DNA from: Gemmatimonadales bacterium | GTDB taxonomy: Bacteria > Gemmatimonadota > Gemmatimonadetes > Gemmatimonadales > GWC2-71-9 | Assembly (NCBI GenBank): GCA_038321865.1 | Contig: JBBQFH010000010.1 | Coordinates: forward strand, 1-64,000 | Direction: 5' to 3' | DNA length: 64,000 nt | Shown here: positions 1 through 7,932 of the stretch, in pieces | How the letters are laid out: every line of letters starts with the position of its first letter | Position numbering within the stretch: position 1 is the stretch's first letter | Notes under the pieces: model-generated | Told to the model about the DNA's origin: nothing | Database searches by the model: none | What the model saw: only the letters and a program-made list of their open reading frames with translations | Program-made: the position numbers and the translations under genes

Positions 1-169
1 CGGTCTCCATCTCTCTCTAGTCATGGGCCGTTCGTGGATCGGCCCTCCGGAACCCGATGCCTGGTCAGGGCAGACTGCGACCGCTTCCAGAACGCATGAA
101 CCCGCCTCGGGGTTCCGGATTTTCACCCTTTCGCCCGGGCCTCCCGGCGGCTACAATTCCCGCGTCAAA

Positions 170-243
170 CGGGACGTGGCGCAGTCCGGTAGCGCACTGC
201 AATGGGGTTGCAGGGGTCGCGGGTTCAAATCCCGCCGTCCCGA
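170..243 (+). tRNA. tRNA-Pro (anticodon GGG)
   Basis: Cloverleaf: acceptor CGGGACG/CGTCCCG, D-arm GCGC..GCGC, anticodon stem CTGCA/TGCAG with loop ATGGGGT, T-arm GCGGG-TTCAAAT-CCCGC. CCA is not encoded. A TACAAT -10-like box lies at 152-157. Confidence 0.96.
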
Positions 244-262
244 TTCAAGCCAGACGTTCGTC

Positions 263-289
263 AGGAGCCGGCCGGGTGGCCGGCTTCCT
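263..289 (+). other. GC-rich hairpin downstream of tRNA (processing or weak terminator)
   Basis: AGGAGCCGGCC-GGGT-GGCCGGCTTCCT inverted repeat; no U-tract. Confidence 0.4.
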
Positions 290-317
290 CGTATCCGCCC
301 CTTTCCTCAGGTTCCTC

Positions 318-767
318 ATGCGCCGGCTGATCCTGTGCTCGACCCTCCTGCTCGCGATCCCCGGGTGCAACCTCAATACCTTCCGCCGGACGCCGGTGGC
401 AGCGGCGGGATTCGCCCGGAAGCTGAACGTGGATACCACCGCGATGACGCTGACGCCGTCGGGGCTGAGGTATCAGGATCTCAAGGTTGGTGACGGAGCC
501 GTGGCGGCGCGTGGCAACGTAGTCAAGGCAGCCTACACCGGCTGGCTGACCGATGGCACCCGGTTCGACGGCGGTCAATATGAGTTTCCGCTGGGCGAGC
601 ACCAGGTGATCGACGGGTGGGACGAGGGTCTGGCAGGGATGCGCGTCGGAGGCAAGCGGAAGCTGGTGGTTCCCGCTGCACTTGGCTATAAAGCCGAAGG
701 GAGCCCTCCAGTCATTCCACCCGACGCGATTCTCGTGTTCGACGTGGAGCTGCTGTCGGTTCGCTGA
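318..767 (+). CDS. FKBP-type peptidyl-prolyl cis-trans isomerase, lipoprotein
   Basis: SGLRYQDLKVGDG, YTGWLTDGTRFD, VIDGWDEGLAGMRVGGKRKLVVPAALGY, IPPDAILVFDVELL. Lipobox-like IPGC follows MRRLILCSTLLLA. Start reassigned to ATG 318. Confidence 0.93.
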   Translation: MRRLILCSTLLLAIPGCNLNTFRRTPVAAAGFARKLNVDTTAMTLTPSGLRYQDLKVGDGAVAARGNVVKAAYTGWLTDGTRFDGGQYEFPLGEHQVIDGWDEGLAGMRVGGKRKLVVPAALGYKAEGSPPVIPPDAILVFDVELLSVR

Positions 768-776
768 CCGGCGCCG

Positions 777-1190
777 TCAGTCGTCGGGGAAGCGGGCGGG
801 CACCGCTCCCGCCGTCGCGATGAGCTCGCGCGCGGCGCCCGCATACGGCATCAGCGCCGCGAGGTTGCCGCGGGTCAGCCGGAGCTTGCCGCTGAAGAGT
901 GCCATTACCGGCGCCAGTCCGCCGGTGAACAACTGCCGCCAGATCGCGGGGGCAGCCTCGAAGATGTATACCGCAGCCGCCAAATCCTCCTCGTTTGCGG
1001 CGCGGGCCTCTCGGCAGACCCCCCGGCTGGAGTCCAGGAATACGGCACGGGCGTGGCGTGGTTCCGGCGCGGTCATGACCAGGGCGACCCCGCCCTCCCA
1101 CTCCGCTGCGGCACCGCGGTAGGCCACGCTCGCATTCAGCTCGGCACACCAGCGGGCGGCCCAGGGGTCGGAAAAGAGCTCCGGATTCAT
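777..1190 (-). CDS. SCP2 sterol-binding domain protein
   Basis: N-terminal LFSDPWAARWCAELNAS and C-terminal APVMALFSGKLRLTRGNLAALM resemble SCP2 domains. Confidence 0.75.
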   Translation of the reverse strand: MNPELFSDPWAARWCAELNASVAYRGAAAEWEGGVALVMTAPEPRHARAVFLDSSRGVCREARAANEEDLAAAVYIFEAAPAIWRQLFTGGLAPVMALFSGKLRLTRGNLAALMPYAGAARELIATAGAVPARFPDD

Positions 1191-1613
1191 GCATCAAGCT
1201 TAGGCATGGCGGGACGGGAGGCCAAACCGGTCCGTTCCGCAGCCGCCCCGAACGGCGGCGTTTTGCTTGCCGGCTCACCTCGTACCGTATGCTGCTGTAA
1301 CACTTCGAGTCACCGATCACCCGCCGGATGGGGAGGGAGAAGATCCACAGTCGTGCATGGCCCATGGGTGCGGGGCGGCGTTGCCGATCGGACGCTGGCC
1401 AGGCTACGGTGTGCCGGTCCGTGTCGCCGGCTTCCTCTAGTCCAACACGTTACTGCACAGGAATTTAAGGTCCAGCTGCCTATCAACCTCGTGCGTGCAC
1501 CGAAATGCGTCGGTTGCTCTCTGGCGGACTGCCTTCCCTCGATAACCGGCCGCCGCACACGGGCTAGCACGACCTGCAGACATTTTCGACAGTTGTGACA
1601 AACCGACCAGCAT

Positions 1614-1628
1614 TGGCACACCGATTGC
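1614..1628 (+). promoter_or_regulatory. sigma-54 (-24/-12) promoter of the pilus operon
   Basis: TGGCAC-ACCGA-TTGC, with GG (1615-16) and GC (1627-28) exactly 10 nt apart, about 80 nt upstream of the first pilin ATG. Confidence 0.8.
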
Positions 1629-1709
1629 CTTCGACCGCCTCGGTTGCCTGGTCGTCATTCCGGCGGTCGGCACGAACGGATCTCCCACATCTGACAAGGG
1701 GTCGTCACC

Positions 1710-2186
1710 ATGCGCCGCTCGCTCACGCTCGCCCTCGCGCTCGTCGCCGTCGCTGCCGGCAGCGCCAGCGCCCAGGGCACCACCGGGTCAATAAACGCGA
1801 CCGCCTCGGTCGTCGCGGCCTTGACGGTGAGTGGTACCAACCTCGTGTTCGGCAACGTCGCGCCGACCTCTTTCAAGACCATCGCACCGGCCAGCGGCGG
1901 GACCTTCACCGTGACCGGCGCCGCCAGCCGGCCGGTGAGCGTGTCGTTCGGCTTGCCGACGACCCTGGGCGCCGCGTCGGTGGCGATCGGCACCTGGACC
2001 GGTCTGTCCAATACCGCGAACACGACTGTCGGCGCCTCGGCGTTGACGCCGTCCGCCAGCGCGCAGACGCTGTCGCTGAGCGGCACCGGCAACCTGTACG
2101 TCTGGGTCGGCGCGACGGTCACCACGACCGCGGCTCCGGTGGGCGGCTACACCGCCCCGGTCACCATGACCGTCGTGTACAACTGA
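1710..2186 (+). CDS. DUF4402/spore-coat-U-like pilin subunit 1 (probable major pilin)
   Basis: Sec signal ending ASA-Q, N-terminal strand SINATASV, LVFG motif, C-terminal GGYTAPVTMTVVYN with penultimate Tyr; Thr/Ala/Gly/Val-rich. Confidence 0.8.
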   Translation: MRRSLTLALALVAVAAGSASAQGTTGSINATASVVAALTVSGTNLVFGNVAPTSFKTIAPASGGTFTVTGAASRPVSVSFGLPTTLGAASVAIGTWTGLSNTANTTVGASALTPSASAQTLSLSGTGNLYVWVGATVTTTAAPVGGYTAPVTMTVVYN

Positions 2187-2207
2187 CATCTCGACGGCCC
2201 CCTGAGT

Positions 2208-2243
2208 CACGCACGGCCGTGGGCATCTCCACGGCCGTGCGTG
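2208..2243 (+). other. Perfect 15-bp intercistronic stem-loop after the first pilin
   Basis: CACGCACGGCCGTGG-GCATCT-CCACGGCCGTGCGTG. Confidence 0.75.
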
Positions 2244-2254
2244 CTTGAGGCCTC

Positions 2255-2743
2255 ATGCGACGCTTCGCGCGCTGTCTTCCGCTCCTCTCGCTGCTGGTGA
2301 GCGCGGTCGGCTCGAGATCGGCGGCCGCCCAGACCGTGGGCACGCTGTCGGCCACGGCGGCTGTGATCCCCGCACTGACCGTGACCGGAACCGCCGATCT
2401 CGCCTTCGGTACCGTCGCGTCGTCGCAGGTCAAGACGGTGGGGCCGGCGGCCGGTGGCACCTTCACCGTGAACGGCGCATCCAATACGCCGGTCGGCATC
2501 ACGTTCGGGCTGCCGGTGACGCTCGGACATCCCGCCGTCGTGATCGGGGCATGGACCGGGCGCACCAACGGCACGCCCAGCTTCGCCACCTCCACTGCCA
2601 TGGTCCCGTCGGCTGCACCGCAGTCTTTCACGCTCAGCGCGAGCGGGCGGCTCTTCGTGTGGATCGGCGCGACCCTCACCACGACGCTGGCGCCTACGGG
2701 GAGCTACAGTGTGCCGCTCACCGTGACGGTTGTGTATAATTAG
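2255..2743 (+). CDS. DUF4402-like pilin subunit 2
   Basis: Paralog of 1710-2186: signal peptide, DLAFG, GGTFTVNGA, LFVWIGATLTT, GSYSVPLTVTVVYN. Confidence 0.8.
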   Translation: MRRFARCLPLLSLLVSAVGSRSAAAQTVGTLSATAAVIPALTVTGTADLAFGTVASSQVKTVGPAAGGTFTVNGASNTPVGITFGLPVTLGHPAVVIGAWTGRTNGTPSFATSTAMVPSAAPQSFTLSASGRLFVWIGATLTTTLAPTGSYSVPLTVTVVYN

Positions 2744-2790
2744 CGCTTCGCCGACACAATCAGTTCGCCCGATTCACGGACCGTCTCCAG

Positions 2791-3270
2791 ATGCGCCTCC
2801 GACAGACCGTTGCGCTCGTGTGCCTGCTCGCCGCCGGGGCGGCCAGGCCGGCGTGGGCGCAGACGTCCGGGTCCACGACCATGACGGGAACCGTGCTGAC
2901 GGCGATCACCGTGACCGGGAGCGACCTCCGGTTCGGCAATCTGCTGAGCACGCAGACCAAACGCGTCGCGGCGGCTGCGGGAGGCCGCTTCATCCTCACC
3001 ATGGCCGCCAGCGCACCGGTGACGATCGCCTACGTACTGCCTGCCTCACTCGGCCCGAACGTTTCACTTGGCGCGTGGGATCTGCGCTCCAACACGATCA
3101 ACGACCCTGCGACCGGGTCGACCGTCGTCGTCGGGTCCACCAGCGGTTCGTTCACCGCGTCCACCGCGACCGGAACGTTGTACCTCTGGATCGGCGCCAC
3201 GGTGACGACCAGTAGCGCCGCGATCGGCTCCTACAGCCGGCCGATCACGCTCACCGTCACCTACAATTGA
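2791..3270 (+). CDS. DUF4402-like pilin subunit 3
   Basis: Signal peptide AWA-Q, DLRFG, LYLWIGATVTT, GSYSRPITLTVTYN. Confidence 0.8.
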   Translation: MRLRQTVALVCLLAAGAARPAWAQTSGSTTMTGTVLTAITVTGSDLRFGNLLSTQTKRVAAAAGGRFILTMAASAPVTIAYVLPASLGPNVSLGAWDLRSNTINDPATGSTVVVGSTSGSFTASTATGTLYLWIGATVTTSSAAIGSYSRPITLTVTYN

Positions 3271-3746
3271 CCGGCGCCCGCGTGGTGATGCGTGCGGTCG
3301 TCCCGCTGCTTCTGCTGTTGCCGGCGAGCCGGGGCGCCGCGCAGACGCTGCAGGTGACGGGGATCCGGGGTGTCGCCTTCGGCCCGATGCTGCCGGGCAC
3401 GAGTGCCGTCGTGTCCCGCACCGACGGCTCCCGTTCGGCGCAGTTCGACATCAAGGGCACCGGCAGCGGCCGGGTGGTGCAGCTGCAGTTCACGCTGCCG
3501 GCCGCACTCTCCGGCCCGGGCGGCGCCGTCGTGCCGCTCTCCTACGCTTCGGCTGATGCCGGCTTCTCGGCGCTGCAGAGCATCGCCAGTCAGACTGCAT
3601 TCGATCCCCGGTCGCCCTATACCGCCACGCTGGCCACCAACGGCCGAGGATCCGTCTTCCTCGGTTGCACGGCGCAGCCGGCGGCCGGTCAGGCCCCCGG
3701 CAACTACACCGCCACCCTCACTCTTACCGTGACCTACTTTCCGTGA
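3267..3746 (+). CDS. DUF4402-like pilin subunit 4 (no N-terminal extension; candidate tip subunit)
   Basis: Signal ending GAA-Q, then directly TLQVTGIRGVAFG; C-terminal GNYTATLTLTVTYFP. Start is TTG 3267 (overlapping the previous stop) or ATG 3288. Confidence 0.75.
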   Translation: MTGARVVMRAVVPLLLLLPASRGAAQTLQVTGIRGVAFGPMLPGTSAVVSRTDGSRSAQFDIKGTGSGRVVQLQFTLPAALSGPGGAVVPLSYASADAGFSALQSIASQTAFDPRSPYTATLATNGRGSVFLGCTAQPAAGQAPGNYTATLTLTVTYFP

Positions 3747-4570
3747 CGCGATACGCCGCACTGCTCGCCGCCCTCGCTCTGCCGGCACCGCTCCTGGCGC
3801 AGGGCGTTTTGATCGCGCCTACAGTGGTGTTCATCGACGCCCGCACTCGCACGGCGTCGCTGATGATCGTCAATCCCAACGAGCAGGCGGCCGAGATCGA
3901 GGTGGGGACGCTCTTCGCCTATCCGGTGACGGATTCCACGGGGCAACTCGTTCTGCGGACGGTCGAGGCGCCCGATTCCACGCTGCCTTCCGCTGCCGCC
4001 TGGGTCAAGCCGTTTCCCCGGCGGATGTCGCTCGCGCCTCACGCACAGCAGACCGTACGCCTCCTCGTGACACCGCCACCGTCGCTCGCCGATGGCGAGT
4101 ACTGGTCCCGCATCGTGGTGACGGCGAGGGGCGGGCAACTCCCGCTCAGCGCCGGCGCCGACACCGGCGGGGTGAGAGTCGGGCTTTCGGTCGAGGTGCG
4201 CACGATCATTCCGCTCTTGTACCGCAAGGGGCGCCAGACGGGCGGCATCGTCGTCTCTGCGCTTCGTGCGCAGCGGCAGGGCGACTCGCTGGTGGTTCGC
4301 GCGCACGTGGAACGGACCGGCACCGCCGCGGCGCTCGGAACTGCGCGCGGCGAGCTGATCGATTCGACCGGGACGTCGCGCGCCGTCTTCTCGGCGCCGG
4401 TTACGGCCTACTACTCCGTCGACCCCCGCTTCACTTTCCCGCTGGATTCGGTGCCCCCGGGTCGCTACCGGCTCCGTCTGGAGATCTCACCGGGCCGGCA
4501 GGACCTCGCGGCCGATGCGATCGTTCCCTTCAGCGCCGTCCGAGATTCCGTGACGGTCCTCCTCCCCTGA
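3743..4570 (+). CDS. Periplasmic pilus assembly chaperone (PapD/EcpB-like)
   Basis: GTG start overlaps the previous TGA. Signal peptide; VLIAPTVVFID..SLMIVNP, FPRRMSLAPHAQQTVRL, LADGEYWSRIVV; second Ig-like domain ending VPPGRYRLRLEI. Confidence 0.8.
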   Translation: MTRYAALLAALALPAPLLAQGVLIAPTVVFIDARTRTASLMIVNPNEQAAEIEVGTLFAYPVTDSTGQLVLRTVEAPDSTLPSAAAWVKPFPRRMSLAPHAQQTVRLLVTPPPSLADGEYWSRIVVTARGGQLPLSAGADTGGVRVGLSVEVRTIIPLLYRKGRQTGGIVVSALRAQRQGDSLVVRAHVERTGTAAALGTARGELIDSTGTSRAVFSAPVTAYYSVDPRFTFPLDSVPPGRYRLRLEISPGRQDLAADAIVPFSAVRDSVTVLLP

Positions 4571-4571
4571 C

Positions 4572-7169
4572 GTGAACCCAGACCGAGGCGCGCGGCGGAC
4601 GGGAACGGCCGTAGTCGCGCTCTCGGTCGCTCTCCTGCTGTCGGCGGGAACGGCTTCCCCAGCGATCGCCCAGGCGGATACGCTGGGCGAATCGGTCATC
4701 GTGGAGCTCCGGCTTGGCGCCGTCGCGTCGCGCACCGTCGAGGGCTATCGCGTCGGCGAACAGGCGCTCATTCCCCTCTCCCAGTTTTTCGATATGGCGG
4801 AAATACGGGCGAGCATCACGCCAGGCGGCCGCGTCACGGCGGCTTTGCAGCCGGAAAACGTACCGCTCGCCATCGATCCCGTGTCGGGTGTCGCGACGCT
4901 GGGGCGCCGCCGCGTCACGACGCCGCCGGGGACGATACGGGTGGTAAACGGCGAAGTATTTTTCCCCGCCGAGCGGCTCGGTGAGCTGCTCGACGCCCCG
5001 ATCTACGTCGACTGGTCGAGTCTCGAGGTCGTCATGCGCGACCCGGGCCCGCTGCCGGTGGCCCAGCAGCTTCGGCGCCGGGCGGCCCGGCTGGCGCTCA
5101 TGCGCGAAGGCGGCGCGCCGGTCGAAGGCGTCCGCCTGCCGGCGGACCGGCCGCGGTGGGACGGCTTTGTGCTGGACTACTCGTTGCTCGCGCCCAGCCA
5201 GGATCCCCTCGGTGCGAGCGCATACGCCGTTCAGGGCGGGGCCGACCTGTTCGGCGGCTCACTCGAGCTCGGCGCGAGCAGCATCGGCCGGGCTGATGCC
5301 GGGGATGTACGGCTCGACGCGTCGTGGCTCGGCGTCTGGCGCGAGAGCCGGGTGCTCAAGCAGCTGCGGCTGGGTGATGGGCTCGTGAGCGGGCCGCGGT
5401 CGAGATCGATGCGGGGGATTTCGGCGACCAATGCGCCGTTCCTGCGGCCCTCGGTGCTCGGCGTGGTTCCCTATGCCGGCCGGCTGCCGGTGGGCTGGGG
5501 GGTGGAGGCCTATCGCGCGGGCCAGCTCATCGCCTTCGACTCGACGGACGCCGAGGGGGACTTCACGATCGGGCTGCCGGTGCTGTATGGGGAAAACCCG
5601 GTGCAGTTCGTCGCCTATGGCCCCTACGGTGAGACGCGGGTGTTCGGCCGCACCTACCGCGTCTCGAGCGCCCTGCTCCCGGCCCGGCGGTTCGAATATG
5701 CGGTGTCCGGCGGGCAATGCCGATTCATCGCCTGCGCGGCGACGGGCAATCTCGACCTGCGCTACGGCGTCTCTCGGCGCTGGACGGTGCAGGCCGGTGC
5801 GGACCGCTTCTGGCGCGATTCGCTGGCCGATCTGTTCCATCCGTATGGTGCGGTCACCGGCAGTGTCACCAATGCGCTCACCCTCCAAATCGAGGGGGTG
5901 GCCAACGCATTCGCTCGCGGCGGGCTTGCCTACGAGCCGTCGCTCGACACGCGGCTGAGCGTCGAATACACTCGCTTCGATACGTCGACGACGGCGCCGC
6001 TCCTGACGCTGCCGGGCCGCCGATCGCTGCTTCAGCTCGCGGGCTTTTATCGCCCCAACCGCGACAGGGATTTTTTCTACTTCGAGGCGGATGCACAGCA
6101 CGCGCGGACCGGCAGCGTGACCACCGACCGTGCACGCGTCGGGGCCTCATTTCAGGCCGGTGCAATCCGGGTGCTGCCATATGCCCGGCTCGAGCGCGAT
6201 GCGTATGACGGGTCGGCGGCACAGGCACGGGGGTTCATCGGCTTCACGACCACCGTGCTCCCGCGCCAGAGCTGGGGCCGGGTGCTGGGACGGACGTTCA
6301 TCCGCGGCGCGCTGGAGGCGCAGGGGCTTTCGGCGATGACCGTCGCCGCTATCGCCATCGCGCGGCCGCTGTCACCGGGCGTGCGGCTGGAAGTCGGCAT
6401 GAACTGGGCGCGCGGCTTTCGGGGTCCGGCGTACACGATGACGCTCTCCTCCTACCTGCGGTCATTCCGCTCCTACACTACCGCGTCGGCCCAGCGCGGC
6501 GCGCCCGCGCAGCTGAGCGAACTGGTGCAGGGGTCCGTCCTGTACGACAGGGTGCGCGGAAATGTGCACCTCGCGCCCGGCCCCTCGCTGCAGCGCGCAG
6601 GCATCGCGGGCCGCGTGTTCCTCGATGCGAACGGTAACGGGCACTTCGACGCGGGAGAGCAGGGACTGGCCAATGTCCGGGTGCAGGTGGGCAGCAACAA
6701 CGCCATGACCGACTCGGCGGGCGCGTACCGCCTGTGGGATGTGGTTCCCTTCGAGCCGGTGGCCATCGCGGTCGACTCGTTGAGCTTCGAATCACCGTTG
6801 TGGGTGCCGGCGCGTCTCGCGGTCATCGTGGCGGCCGGCCCCAACCGCTATACGATCGTGGACATTCCGATCGTGCTCGGCAGCGTCGTGGAGGGAAGAG
6901 TCCTGCGCATGTTCGGCGGGGCGCCCCAGGGCGTGGGCGGAGCATCACTGACGCTCGTCGACGATGCCACCGGCCGTCGCCAGACGATGGCGACGTTCAC
7001 CGATGGATCCTTCTATCTGCTCGGCGTCCGGCCCGGCCGCTACACGCTCAGCGTCGATGAGCGGGTGCTGGATCTGCTGCGCATGCGGGGGGAGCCGCGG
7101 CGGTTCGAGATCAGTGCGAGCGGTGACGGCCCCGGCGCACTCGACCTCACCCTGACGCCGCGGCCCTGA
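4572..7169 (+). CDS. Atypical outer-membrane usher-like protein with C-terminal SdrD-B-like / carboxypeptidase-regulatory-like domains
   Basis: 865 aa with signal peptide. Usher-like central segment (LRLGD..RGISATNAP; VEAYRAGQLIAF..LPVLYGENPVQFVAYGPYGE) and amphipathic beta strands. C-terminal GRVFLDANGNGHFDAGEQGL and TFTDGSFYLLGVRPGRYTLSV. Follows the chaperone. Confidence 0.72.
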   Translation: MNPDRGARRTGTAVVALSVALLLSAGTASPAIAQADTLGESVIVELRLGAVASRTVEGYRVGEQALIPLSQFFDMAEIRASITPGGRVTAALQPENVPLAIDPVSGVATLGRRRVTTPPGTIRVVNGEVFFPAERLGELLDAPIYVDWSSLEVVMRDPGPLPVAQQLRRRAARLALMREGGAPVEGVRLPADRPRWDGFVLDYSLLAPSQDPLGASAYAVQGGADLFGGSLELGASSIGRADAGDVRLDASWLGVWRESRVLKQLRLGDGLVSGPRSRSMRGISATNAPFLRPSVLGVVPYAGRLPVGWGVEAYRAGQLIAFDSTDAEGDFTIGLPVLYGENPVQFVAYGPYGETRVFGRTYRVSSALLPARRFEYAVSGGQCRFIACAATGNLDLRYGVSRRWTVQAGADRFWRDSLADLFHPYGAVTGSVTNALTLQIEGVANAFARGGLAYEPSLDTRLSVEYTRFDTSTTAPLLTLPGRRSLLQLAGFYRPNRDRDFFYFEADAQHARTGSVTTDRARVGASFQAGAIRVLPYARLERDAYDGSAAQARGFIGFTTTVLPRQSWGRVLGRTFIRGALEAQGLSAMTVAAIAIARPLSPGVRLEVGMNWARGFRGPAYTMTLSSYLRSFRSYTTASAQRGAPAQLSELVQGSVLYDRVRGNVHLAPGPSLQRAGIAGRVFLDANGNGHFDAGEQGLANVRVQVGSNNAMTDSAGAYRLWDVVPFEPVAIAVDSLSFESPLWVPARLAVIVAAGPNRYTIVDIPIVLGSVVEGRVLRMFGGAPQGVGGASLTLVDDATGRRQTMATFTDGSFYLLGVRPGRYTLSVDERVLDLLRMRGEPRRFEISASGDGPGALDLTLTPRP

Positions 7170-7176
7170 CGCGGCG

Positions 7177-7929
7177 TCAGGATCCCTTGTGCAGACTGAT
7201 GCTGCCGTTGACCGTCGTCAGGGTCAGCGACCTGCCACCGCCGCCGATGGTGCCATGCAGGCTCCGCGGGCCGAACCGGCCGCTGACGGTCATCGGAAAG
7301 TCGGTGGAGATGTCGCCGTTCGTGGTGCTGGCGCGGACGTCGAGCGCCGCATTCGGGGGAATCGTGACATCGATGCCCCCGTTGACGGTCGAAAACGATA
7401 GCGCTTCCGAGCCGGTGATCCGGCCCATGATGACGTGGACGTCTCCGTTGACGGTCTGCGCTTCGGCGCCGCCGCTGGTTTCCACGCGCACGCCGCCATT
7501 CACCGTTCCCACGGCCGCATCAGCCCGCAACCCCGTGGCTTCGACCTCACCGTTGACGGTGTGGCCTTCGAATTTCACGCCGGCGGGAACCTTCACCGTA
7601 AACGTGACCGTCACGTCGTTGTTGTCATTGTGCTGCCCCCCGTGGCCCCCCTCGCAGCTGTTCCCGCCCCGGCTCGATGGGTAGAGCGCGCAGATCGTCA
7701 CCCCGTCGGCGCCGGTGACCACCTTGATCTCGACGCTCGCCGGATCACTGCGCCGGCCGCGCTTGGTCGCCGTGACCTCGACCTGGTTGCCTGCGGCGGC
7801 AACCGCACGGATGTCGCCGTTGACGCCCCTGATATCAAGCGTCTTGCCCGCCGCGATGACGCCGCTCCAGTGAAAGTCCGGCGTTCCCTGCAGTGTGGCG
7901 GCGATCGCGAGCAGCTGAAGCAGCACCAT
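7177..7929 (-). CDS. DUF4097 (adhesin-like beta-repeat) protein
   Basis: Repeated (T/V)VNG(D/E/G)(V/I) units; C-terminal GTIGGGGRSLTLTTVNGSISL. Confidence 0.85.
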   Translation of the reverse strand: MVLLQLLAIAATLQGTPDFHWSGVIAAGKTLDIRGVNGDIRAVAAAGNQVEVTATKRGRRSDPASVEIKVVTGADGVTICALYPSSRGGNSCEGGHGGQHNDNNDVTVTFTVKVPAGVKFEGHTVNGEVEATGLRADAAVGTVNGGVRVETSGGAEAQTVNGDVHVIMGRITGSEALSFSTVNGGIDVTIPPNAALDVRASTTNGDISTDFPMTVSGRFGPRSLHGTIGGGGRSLTLTTVNGSISLHKGS

Positions 7930-7932
7930 GTT

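Noticed and set aside
23..493. ORFs 23-493 and the 57-317 extension of the FKBP ORF
   Set aside because: They run across the tRNA gene. The FKBP signal peptide starts at ATG 318.
1195..1700. Small ORFs in the gap upstream of the pilins (1053-1598, 1310-1621, 1437-1697)
   Set aside because: No convincing RBS/start pairing, atypical composition and no motifs. The region is better explained as regulatory DNA.
170..7169. Pilus locus as a genomic island integrated at tRNA-Pro
   Set aside because: No integrase, no duplicated tRNA 3' end noticed, ordinary genes (FKBP, SCP2) intervene, and composition looks like the rest of the window.
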